Origin: Azolla caroliniana
Lineage: Eukaryota; Plantae; Polypodiophyta
Assembly (NCBI GenBank): GCA_043228905.1
Contig: JBHGNT010000002.1
Location: 17,236,001-17,300,000 of the forward strand
Direction of reading: 5' to 3'
DNA: 64,000 bases
Shown here in pieces: positions 11,768-22,822 of this stretch (the stretch's first letter is position 1; each line of letters opens with the position of its first letter). A program made the position numbers and the translations under genes. Under the pieces are notes generated by a model. That model saw only the letters and a program-made list of their open reading frames with translations. It searched no databases and was not told where the DNA came from.

Positions 11768-12704
11768 TGAATCGAACTGTCAGAACCAAGGATAAAAGAT
11801 AGAGTGATGGAAGAAGGATAGAGAAGAATGGATGTATAAGATATAGAGAAAGAAAGAGAATGGATACAAGATATGTAATGAGAGCTAAAGACTGGTGTTG
11901 ATTCGAATTGATTTGAGAATACATGTATGCGCTTATTTATAGGTTCCTATAGAATAGCTTAGAGATTTCTAGAATGTTCTAGAATGTTCTAGACCTAGAA
12001 TGCTCTAGGACATTCTAGAATAATCTAGAGTTTTTACAATAATCAATGTAATACAAGAAGTAGCTTTTATTGTTTCATATAACAATAAGCTATCTTAATG
12101 GTTGAGGTTTTCAAGTATGAATTACAAGGTTCGAGGTTCAAGTCCGGGTGACGCCATAATGGTCATGTGTTCATGACACCTATTGAGGCTATATTTGTAA
12201 ATAGCCCTAATTTCATGTAAGTATAAATATAACTTAGTGTTGGGAGACAGGTCCCTTCGGATGGGAAGGGAGAAGAACAGTGCCGACGAACAAACTCGGC
12301 CGAGGTCGAAACCGGATGAGGAGCACCCGGCTATGGAGAGCCAGATGGTGCAGGCCCGGTATGAACCAGATGAGGAGTACCCGTATTAGAGATTAGGTAC
12401 TAAAGTAAGCATAAAATAAGGATATATCAATGATAGATCTAGAAAGAATAGAGAGAAAAGAGAGAAAGAAGGGTGCCGATCCACCCGACCACCCCTGAGC
12501 GAAGGGATCGAGACGGACTCGAGCCTCGATCGGCGTCCCATACCACCGCCTTGGCGTCGATGTCTCAATCCCGAGGATTAAAAGTAATCCTCCCCTTCTT
12601 TAGACTCTTTGTTTAACCCTCACACTTATCCACGTGTATAGAATACTACGACAATTCTCACCACGGGATATTATATGGTCATGCCCGTAACATACTCCCC
12701 CTCT

Positions 12705-15700
12705 TTAAAACATTGCACTCTTGCAATGGAAAGTTAGGGAAGTTAGTTCTTAGAGTCGTTTCGCGTTCCCATGTGGCATCTTTGATTGATTTATCCATCC
12801 ATTTTATTTTAAATTCTCAGATTTCCTTAGCACGTAATTTTTTTGTTTTAACATCGAGAATTCTTTCTGGTACATGTGGTTTAGAAGATAAATCTTCAGA
12901 AGTAACCAGAGTTTCAGTTGTAACTGTATTGTCGCCAGAACCTAGAAGTTCTTTTAGACGACTTACATGAAAGACTGGATGGATTCCAACACCATCAGGA
13001 AGAGCGAGACGATAGGCTGATGATCCAATGCGTTTGAGGACTGTAAAAGGTCCACAAAACCGTGGGGCTAACTTAGCGCACTTACCCGTAGACAATGTCT
13101 TAGAATTGTGAGGTACACGTAAAAATACCTTCTGTCCAGGGCTGAATACACGAGGTTGCCTGTGATGATCGGCATAAAAACGCGCTCTATCTTGAGCTGT
13201 TTTTATATTATCCCGTGCAATATGCAACATATCTTGCATATCCCGAAGAAAGTTTTGCGTACTTCGCAACTCATCATGATGTATATTAACATCAATCGGG
13301 GCTCGTGGCTGAAATCCATACATCAACATAAAAGGACTATATCCCGTCGACGTATGCTTGGAGCTATTATAAGCAAACTCCAAAATTGGGAGGTAACGTT
13401 CCCATTTTGTTGGTTTTGCACCAACGTATGCTCGAAGCATGTCCTCAATAATTTGATTTACTCGTTCTGTCTGTCCATCGGATTGAGGATGATCCGTGGA
13501 GCTCATGCTCAACGTAGTTTCTAACTTCTTAAAGACTTGCGTCCAGAAGTCACTAGTAAACTTCGGATCTCGGTCACTCACGATATCCATCGGTAACCCG
13601 TAAAAACGAAATAACTCATCAACAAATTGGTAAGCCAATTCAGGAGCTGTTACCGTGGTTTTAGTAGCAATAAATCTGGCCATTTTAGTTAGTCTGTCAA
13701 CCACAACCCATATGGCATCATGACCTTTTTGGGTGCGAGGAAGGCTAACAATAAAATCCATGGATATACTTTCCCACTTATTATTGGGAATGTCCAAGGG
13801 ATGTAAAAGTCCTGCGGCTTTAAGTCGCTCGGCTTTGTTAACCTGACATTGGTGACATTTAGTCACATAGCTATGTATGTCAGGACGCATCTTAGGCCAA
13901 TAAAATTGAGTGGAGATGAGAACGAGTGTACGATGTATTCCAGGGTGCCCTGCTGAGGGTGCATCATGGCATTCAAAAAGAATTCTCTTTTTGACCTCAG
14001 GTAAATCTGGAACACAAACCTTCCCATTACGGTAGAGCAGACCGTTAGCAATGTGGAAGTATTCCTTCGAGGGTGTGGTGGTGTCTGTTCCAGACTTGAC
14101 TCTTGCCCAGTATTTTGCAAAATAATTGTCATCAGGATACTTTCCTCGAAGGTGATCATAAAGATCTGATGTTATTTCAGTGAAGCTAAGCATGTTAACT
14201 TCACGGATGCGACTTAGTGCATCAGCGACAGTATTCATGGAACCTTTACGATATCGTATGGAAAAATCAAAGTCCTGGATGAGATCAGCCCATCGTGCCT
14301 TACGACCTTTCAGGTCTTGTTGGTCACAAAAATATTTCAAGGACTCGTGGTCCGTAGTTACCACAAAGCGATTTCCATAAAGATAATGGCGCCATGTTTT
14401 GAGCGCATGTATAACCGCAAATAATTCCTTTTCTTGAACGGTATACCGACATTGAGCAGAATCAAGTTTCTTACTCTCGAATGCTATTGGTTTACCATCT
14501 TGATACAAGACAGCACCTATAGCATAATCGCTTGCGTCGGTTTCAACCTCAAAAGGTTTTGAAGGATCGGGTAAAAGAAGTGAAGGAGTCTTGCATACCA
14601 AGTCCTTGAGTTCCTTAAAGGCGAGGTCTAGTGTAGCATTCCACACAATAGGTTTTGTAGACTTACGCGTTTGACCTTTTAGAAGATGAGTAAACGGCGT
14701 CGTCAATTGTGAGTAATTACGAAGAGATTTTCGCAAAAATCCGACAAAACCAAGGAATGATCGAACTTCTCGAATATTCCGAAGAGTGGGGCAAAGCTTG
14801 ATTTTCTCGATGCGAGAAGGATCAATTTCAACTCCTCGTTCGGTTATGAGATGTCCAAGATAAGTAATTGATTTCTTGAAGAACTCACATTTTGAGATCT
14901 TCGCGTAAAATTGTTTGTCACGCAATATTTGTAAAACAAAGCGGACATGTCTAGCATGTTCTTGTAATGTACGGCTATAAACTAAAATATCATCTAAGAA
15001 GATAACGACAAATTTTCCAAGTTGTTCTCGGAAAATGTCATTCATTTCTTGTTGAAATGTAGCCGGAGCATTGGTCAAACCAAAAGGCATAACCAAAAAC
15101 TCATAATGGCCGTAGCGCGTACGAAATGCTGTTTTAGGAACATCGTCCTCACTTATTCGTATTTGATGGTAGCCAGTACGGAGATCAAGTTTCGTAAAAT
15201 ACCGAGCTCCCTGGAGACGGTCAATTAGATCGTCAGCCCGGGGCAATGGGTACGAATTCTTGATCGTCACTTTATTCAAGCGTCGGTAATTAATACACAT
15301 ACGCCATGTGCCCTCTTTCTTTTTAACCAAGAGAACTGGTGCACCCCATGGAGATTTACTATAATGTATATAACCCATTCGTAAATAGTCCTTAAGTTGC
15401 TTAGCTACCTCATCCTCTTCAGATCGACTTAGGCGATACGGAGGTATACTAATGGGTGCAATGCCAGGTACAATATCTATACGATGGTCTATATTACGTT
15501 TAGGAGGTAAACCATCGGGTAGTTCACTCGGAAAAACATCACGAAAATCGTTTACGATTTCATCAAGTTGTTTTTGTTCAAAATATGTTAATTGACCCGA
15601 GACATTATCGATATTGTAAACGTGAATGTCCGGATCAAGTACACAATAAAATAACGTAGAACAAGACAACTCGGATATTGATGGACACGAGGAAACAATC

Positions 15701-17112
15701 GAGAGGGATTGTTTTGTTACACATTGAATAAAATGCGTACAATCGTTGAGTACAAAAGAAATGGAATGGCGAACCCAATCAATAAATAAAGAAGAGCTTT
15801 TATTATAAAACCAGGGATAACCCAGTATTACATCGGTGGTACTAAGATTCATTACATGGAAGTCTACTTCCTCTATATAGGTATCAATAGAAATTCCTAA
15901 AGAATGAATCGCCCCGTTGATGTGTTGTACTCTTCCATCAGCCAAGTGCACCGTGTAGGTGTGATCACTTACGGTGGGTTGGATTCCCCATATCTGTACC
16001 AAACGATCATTCACAAAATTGTGTGAGCTTCCCGAATCAAATAAAAATTGTACGGGAGATCCATTGATATACCCGTTTGCACGTAGTAAATCATTCGGAC
16101 CCAATACATAATGAGGGAAAGAACATTGACAATTACTCAAATGATGTGTATAGACCTGAAGGACATTAGGAATCTGACCTTTATGGTCTGTAGCTTTAGG
16201 TTTGGCGTCGTGCTCTTTTCGTTGGAGCTTACGACATTGCTCTTTTGTATGACCCTTCTTTTTGCAGAATACGCAAAAAGGATGTTGTCGCTTATAATCG
16301 CGATCCATGAATTCGTTGGGTGTCTTGCGTTTCCCAACGAATTGCGACTGCTTAGTCCCGGGCGCTTCGTTGGGTTTGTTATGGTCCTTCTTCGAAGTGC
16401 GTTGATAGCGAAGAACTATCTCAACGGCCTCTTCGAAGGATTTTGGATCCTTATCGTGCACTATCCAGTGATAGTCCGAATTGGGGATGCCATTGACAAA
16501 ACAAGCTATTAACCAATTGTCCCCTTCTAGACCCGATTTTTGGATTTGGGTTCTAGCATGGTGGACATAGTCTTCTAGCGAGGAAAACTTCCTGCTAGAG
16601 AGGTTCATTAAAGCTTGTGCTCCCTCGGTTCGAGAGGGAGGTTGTAGAAATTGACCCTTGAAAACTGTGACAAAGTCTGTCCAGGTCTCGGGCAATCTCC
16701 CCAAAGTTCGGAGCCCACGCCACTAAGCGGCGGCCTTACCCCCTAGTTCTCGGCCGACATATGCAATCTTCGTACTATCTGGCGTGGGATAGAGCTCAAA
16801 ATGAGACTCCCATCGGCCCAGCCACGTGCAGATTGCTTCTTCGGTTCTTTCCTTTTTATCTCCCGTAAATGGCTTTACGACAAATGATGGTTCACCCTGA
16901 CGCTCATCAGGTCTATTAATCTCATTTTGGAGACTAATGACTCGTGCCTCGAGAGCACTTTGAGATTGCCGAAATTCGGTCAACTGCTGCGCGGTTGAAC
17001 TAAGGAAATGTTGTACTTGTAAAATATACGCCTCAATGGACATTGTCCCAGGAGGATTTCCTTGAGGTCTTTCCGCTTGAGCGGAGGGCATCGGGTCGTT
17101 ATTCTGAGCCAT
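12705..17112 (-). pseudogene. Single-frame gag-pol of F (Gag, CCHC, PR, RT, RH, INT, chromodomain) with two nonsense mutations
   Basis: ORFs 16723-17202 and 12817-16704 are in frame across one TAG (GKAAA*WRGL). Motifs [42 protein letters not shown]. The chromodomain continues past TGA 12817 (EI*EFKIKWMDKSIKDATWE). Confidence 0.9.
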
Positions 17113-19218
17113 TGAATGATTATTTCTGGCAAAGAAATAAGATAAGGTCAGACAAATAGTCATAACATCTTGTCGTGGTGTAAACATATCATGGGCAAAC
17201 ATTAATCGATATCATGATCTCACGTCAATACCCCTCTAGACGTATGAGATGAGGTTCAAGATCAGGTTACTATGGTAACACAGAGGTGTTTTAAAAACCA
17301 TGGGGGTGACAAATGAATGCCTTTCCCTGATCTCTATATCGATTTTTTTCATGGCGGCTCCCCGAGGCTCAGCCATGTATGTTCGCGTCATGAATAGTTT
17401 ATACACGAAAAAAATGTTAACAATAACTATGTTTCTGTGCCCACATATGTGGTTTCGGCTCTTTAAGTCCTATTACGAGGACCCCGAAGTGCACTTAGAC
17501 CTAAAGTCTAAACATGTATTATAGTCATATGTATCAACGATGTTGTATGGTGTTGGTCATATTTGAACTCGAGACCTCGAGGACAAATACATTAAACACT
17601 TGAGCCAACCAAGTAGATTGCGCGTCTTGAATGTTTAATGTTTGAGGCGTATTCGAGATATGCGAGGCATTTGCCCCTATATGTTTTTTTTAAAAGAAAC
17701 ATATAGGTCAAGTGGCCTTATTTCTCCCTCATTTATTACCCACTATGGTTGTACGCTACCTACCCTCAAGCCTCGTAAGTACAATGGCATATGCCAAAGT
17801 GTAACCTAATGGTCAAGCCGAATGAGCCCTTGTGTCTTCGTAGGCTCATGTGGCCCATCACATGGTCACGTCATTACGAATGGCGCTCGTAAGAACGAGC
17901 TCATGGTGGCATCGTATCCATGTAACGAGGGGAGATGTTGGATACGTGTGTCATTAGAGGGACCCTACTTGATGTGGATCAAGCCCGACGTATTCAACAT
18001 CATTTTGGCTATACTAGGTTCGTTACGTAACGAAAGATCAAAGTGACCAACGGGAATTTCAACAATAAAAATTGTTGATAAAAGGGATGGTGACAACGCC
18101 ATTCTCACAAAAATGTGAGGACGGCCACCAAAATCCTCTCCCCAATTAGGAAAACATTTGATATGAATCACGTAATCTAAAATATACACATATGTCAATA
18201 TATCACATATATACGATCAGAGACGTATATAAGTGACCACATATGCGTATACTAAATGAATCGTTTTTTTTATATAGCCAACAATGATGTATTCGGGATA
18301 CGTAATCGAGGCATATACCTCTACGCACACGAAACATCCGAAAATAAGGTTAAGCGTAATTCGCAATTGAGGTATTGACCTCTTACGCATAGTAAATCCA
18401 ACGCATATCATTTCGAACGAATCGAGGTATTGACCTCGTACGCGAACGTAACATATGTTCGTGAACGTAATACGCAATTGAGGTAGTAACCTCGTACGCA
18501 TACGACACTCATCACATATGATTTATATGTCAAACGAGGTATTGACCTCGTGGACATATGTAAACGTTTAAGATAACCAATTAAATACCACGTCAACATC
18601 ATTGAATATATGAAAAAAAAACTACATATTAAGTATACACATGTATAGAAGGGAGAAGAAAAATTAGATAAAAAATTAAGGAAAATTTACCGAAGTTCTT
18701 TCGCTAATCCTTGTCTGCATGAAGGCGACCGCACAACGATCAATCGCCATCCCACGCGAAGACAAAAAGAAAACCAAAAGAAACGTTAGTACATAGGCTC
18801 TGATACCAAATATTAGAGATTAGGTACTAAAGTAAGCATAAAATAAGGATATATCAATGATAGATCTAGAAAGAATAGAGAGAAAAGAGAGAAAGAAGGG
18901 TGCCGATCCACCCGACCACCCCCGAGCGAAGGGATCGAGACAGACTCGAGCCTCGATCGGCGTCCCATACCACCGCCTTGGCGTCGAGTCGTACCTGGAC
19001 GATAGCGCGCTTGCTACAAGAGTCGTTCCACTCACGGACAGAGTCTCGACGTAGTCAATGCATGCCCCAATGAGGGTAGCTAGGCCTCTTATTTATAGTA
19101 ATTCTCAAGGCCCCCAGCCATGTTCACACTTGGCCTCATGGGTTGTCTCAATCCCGAGGATTAAAAGTAATCCTCCCCTTCTTTAGACTCTTTGTTTAAC
19201 CCTCACACTTATCCACGT

Positions 19219-22200
19219 TGTCGTAGTGTATTTCGTACACTACGTGAAAAAGTAAAAAATAATATAACCGATTTAATTACATATAAATAAATAAAATAAT
19301 ATATCAAGATATTTATCACGTGCATAGGGCAGGATTTGAACCCTGTACCTCCACGTAGCCAAACCTCAACTTTACCATTATGCTACCTTATCTTTAGTGT
19401 TCTATAAATAGATTTAATAACTATAAGTCCTTTATTTGCGCCTACCTTTATTAAAAGGTAAATCATGCATTTTTAGAGTGCGTGAATAGAAAAACGCAAG
19501 CAACTAAAAAGTGACTCATGCACATCTAGCGTGCATGAGCACTATATTTAGCAAATAAAAGCAAGGATTAGAAAAGCATCACATGCATATTTAGTGTGCA
19601 TGAACATATTAGAAAAAAAAGCATGTAGCTATGCTTGGTCTCTCCCATCACTACATAAGGATGGGGAGCACAATGTAATAGTGTGTGAAATATTTGGGAA
19701 ATTGGATATATTTCCTAAAACACCAATTAATAAAATATACTCGTGGGATTCACGAAGTTTAAGATAATCTATCTCTTTCAATCTAAATTCATATTCTTAC
19801 ATAAATATTGATTAATGTAATACTTGTGGGATTCACAAGGTTTGATCTCTTTTCTCAATCTACTCTAATCTATTCTAAATTATTTCAATTTATTACTACG
19901 ATTTAGATAAACTAAAACAATTATACTTGTGGGATTCACAAGTTTCTATATCTCTTTCTTATAATCTATTCATATTCATAACTAGATTAGCCTCAAATTC
20001 TTCCTCCTCCTAGTCCAAAACCTCGGCGGTTCCCACCCGACTCACGCAACGATCCGGAGCCGAAAGGCACGACACAGTTGGTGAACCCGACGTGAAGGCG
20101 GGTGGCAAGGAGATGGAGAATCAACAAGAGGCGATGAACATGATGATGATGATGTTCGAGAGAATGCTACAAGAACAACGCGAGATGTCGGAGATCATGA
20201 CAGTAGTACAACGGCTCGTGCAACAGAACGGGCAATTCGATGGAAAGGACGTGTCACGCTATCTACGTGACTACAAAATGGAGATGTTGCGATATGGTAT
20301 CTTAGAAAGATTGCAAGTGTTATCTTTCAACCGGGTGGCTACGGATGAGCTTCAAGAGAGAATCCACGAGATACGACAACAAAGCCCGATGTGGGAGTCC
20401 TTTGAAGAAGCTATACGAGACACATATGACTATCTAAGACCGAAGCGGACGAGGACATGGTCCACGAACGGCGGTCAACAGTGGGTGAAAAGCGGCCACC
20501 GACTACCACCGAAGGAGAGCTTGATGCGGAAGGGTTCGGAGATGCATGAAAAGTCGCAAGTCGACATTGAAGGGGAGCTTAAAACCGAACCAAAGTCGAG
20601 GCCAACAAAGGACGAGGAGGAGGAAGATCGAGGACGAAAGGGTATCCCCACACCGGTTCCAGAGACTTCGGCGGCTGTGCCCGTGCACCAACGTGAGACC
20701 GGAGAGACGGAATGTGTCGGTGGAAAAGTGGAGGACCGGAAGGGCAACGAGGAAGACAAAGTAAATGAGCACGAACGAAGGGATTCCTTCACCATTGTTT
20801 CGGAGACTTCGGTACTGGAGCCCGGGTGTCGACATAACACCGAAGATAAGGAAAGTGGCGGCAACGAAACGAAGGTCGAAGCCGATGCATACGAAGGAGA
20901 GATAGCCAAGGAGAACATGGCTATGGGTGAAACAACGGAAGATGATAATACCGAGGATTCCTACCCACTAATTCTAGAGACTTCGGCGGTTGTGTCCGAG
21001 AACCAACGTGAGACCGGAGAGACGGGAGGTGGCAACAAGGAAGGTAAAGTCGGAAGCCGGTTCGGATGGAAGATGATCCGTCTGAAATTCCGATGTAAAC
21101 AAAAGCATGACAATGCGAAGGTCGGGTCTACGATGGGAGAAGCATGTAATACGGAGCACGCACTACGGCACCAAAAGAAGCACGTGCTACGGCGTAAAGA
21201 GAAGCACACGCTACGGCGCAAAAAGAAGCACGCGCTACGGTGCAAAAATAAGTATGCACTACGGGGTAATACGGCGCATGCACTACGATGGAATACGAAG
21301 CATGCGCTACGGCCTAATACGACGCATGCGCAACATCGAGAAATAAAGCATGCATTAAAGCCGCACAAGGACCTAACAGCGAGCGCGTATTCGGAGGTCG
21401 ACATCGACGCGTGGGTAGAACCTACGGAAGACAAGCGCGGAGTGGAGAGAGACAACACACCGAGATGCTCAAGAGTACCACAAGGGACCATGACAACCAC
21501 TCATGGCAATGCAAAGAATGAACAAAGAATATGGTGGATCGGATGGCGACAATGGTTCGGGTGGAAAGAATGGGTCTACTCAAAATGGAGAGACAAAGTT
21601 GACATAGCGGGACAAACGGAGGATGAAGGGGAGACAACGAGCATCGGCAACTTCGGCACATACCGGAGGATGTGCGGGTTCGGAGGGGGCGAGTGTCGTA
21701 GTGTATTTCGTACACTACGTGAAAAAGTAAAAAATAATATAACCGATTTAATTACATATAAATAAATAAAATAATATATCAAGATATTTATCACGTGCAT
21801 AGGGCAGGATTTGAACCCTGTACCTCCACGTAGCCAAACCTCAACTTTACCATTATGCTACCTTATCTTTAGTGTTCTATAAATAGATTTAATAACTATA
21901 AGTCCTTTATTTGCGCCTACCTTTATTAAAAGGTAAATCATGCATTTTTAGAGTGCGTGAATAGAAAAACGCAAGCAACTAAAAAGTGACTCATGCACAT
22001 CTAGCGTGCATGAGCACTATATTTAGCAAATAAAAGCAAGGATTAGAAAAGCATCACATGCATATTTAGTGTGCATGAACATATTAGAAAAAAAAGCATG
22101 TAGCTATGCTTGGTCTCTCCCATCACTACATAAGGATGGGGAGCACAATGTAATAGTGTGTGAAATATTTGGGAAATTGGATATATTTCCTAAAACACCA

Positions 22201-22549
22201 ATTAATAAAATATACTCGTGGGATTCACGAAGTTTAAGATAATCTATCTCTTTCAATCTAAATTCATATTCTTACATAAATATTGATTAATGTAATACTT
22301 GTGGGATTCACAAGGTTTGATCTCTTTTCTCAATCTACTCTAATCTATTCTAAATTATTTCAATTTATTACTACGATTTAGATAAACTAAAACAATTATA
22401 CTTGTGGGATTCACAAGTTTCTATATCTCTTTCTTATAATCTATTCATATTCATAACTAGATTAGCCTCAAATTCTTCCTCCTCCTAGTCCAAAACCTCG
22501 GCGGTTCCCACCCGACTCACGCAACGATCCGGAGCCGAAAGGCACGACA
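19219..22549 (+). mobile_element. Element B: complete 3.3-kb Gag-only (TR-GAG-like) non-autonomous LTR element
   Basis: 856-bp LTRs 19219-20074 and 21694-22549, identical by eye; 4-bp TSD ACGT; tRNA-Trp PBS 20079-20096; PPT GGAGGGGGCGAG 21682-21693; no pol motifs. Confidence 0.93.
20113..21765 (+). CDS. Gag-like protein (~550 aa) with acidic PETSA repeats and a basic 8-aa repeat; terminates inside the 3' LTR
   Basis: Uninterrupted ORF. N-terminal capsid-like segment GQFDGKDVSRYLRDYKMEM...WESFEEAI; (K/T)xxHALR repeats; no CCHC, PR or RT motifs. Confidence 0.75.
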   Translation: MENQQEAMNMMMMMFERMLQEQREMSEIMTVVQRLVQQNGQFDGKDVSRYLRDYKMEMLRYGILERLQVLSFNRVATDELQERIHEIRQQSPMWESFEEAIRDTYDYLRPKRTRTWSTNGGQQWVKSGHRLPPKESLMRKGSEMHEKSQVDIEGELKTEPKSRPTKDEEEEDRGRKGIPTPVPETSAAVPVHQRETGETECVGGKVEDRKGNEEDKVNEHERRDSFTIVSETSVLEPGCRHNTEDKESGGNETKVEADAYEGEIAKENMAMGETTEDDNTEDSYPLILETSAVVSENQRETGETGGGNKEGKVGSRFGWKMIRLKFRCKQKHDNAKVGSTMGEACNTEHALRHQKKHVLRRKEKHTLRRKKKHALRCKNKYALRGNTAHALRWNTKHALRPNTTHAQHREIKHALKPHKDLTASAYSEVDIDAWVEPTEDKRGVERDNTPRCSRVPQGTMTTTHGNAKNEQRIWWIGWRQWFGWKEWVYSKWRDKVDIAGQTEDEGETTSIGNFGTYRRMCGFGGGECRSVFRTLREKVKNNITDLITYK

Positions 22550-22610
22550 ACGTGTATAGAATACTACGACAATTCTCACCACGGGATATTATATGGTCAT
22601 GCCCGTAACA

Positions 22611-22822
22611 ACTCGGCTATGGAGAGCCAGATGGTGCACGCCCGGTATGAACCGGATGAGGAGTACCCGGCTATGGAGAACCGGATGGTGCAGGCCCGGT
22701 ATGAACCGGATGAGGAGTACTCGGCTACGGAGAGCCGGATGGTGCAGGCCCGGTATGAACCGGATGAGGAGTACCCAGCTACGGAGAGCCGGATGGTACA
22801 GACCCGGTGAGAACCGGATGAA
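22611..22822 (+). repeat. 54-bp tandem repeat in the U3 of D-family LTRs (also 12311-12383 and, reversed, ~37205-37453)
   Basis: Unit ACCGGATGAGGAGTACCCGGCTACGGAGAGCCGGATGGTGCAGGCCCGGTATGA. Confidence 0.9.

Larger units (their letters stand above)
6485..12178 (-). mobile_element. Full-length but defective Ty3/gypsy chromovirus, Tcn1-like
   Basis: LTRs 6485-6893 and 11778-12178 (TG...CA, near-identical apart from small indels/SNPs); TSD CCTAT at 6480-6484 and 12179-12183; PPT GAAGGAGGGATAG; no tRNA PBS. Confidence 0.95.
12384..22610 (-). mobile_element. Element F: Ty3/gypsy chromovirus with long leader and tRNA-iMet PBS; its 5' LTR hosts element B
   Basis: 3' LTR 12384-12692 carries a 156-bp internal deletion; 5' LTR is 18811-19218 plus 22554-22610. 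TSD ACCCG/ACTCG; PBS TGGTATCAGAGCC 18796-18808; PPT AGAGGGGGAGTA. Confidence 0.92.

Noticed and set aside
18308-18549. CRISPR-like repeat-spacer pattern
   Set aside because: Repeats are only ~14 bp and degenerate, the spacers resemble each other, there are no cas genes, and the context is a plant retrotransposon leader.
19321-19392. Functional tRNA genes in LTRs
   Set aside because: Acceptor and anticodon stems do not pair properly; only box motifs and spacing remain, so they are reported as tRNA-like cassettes.
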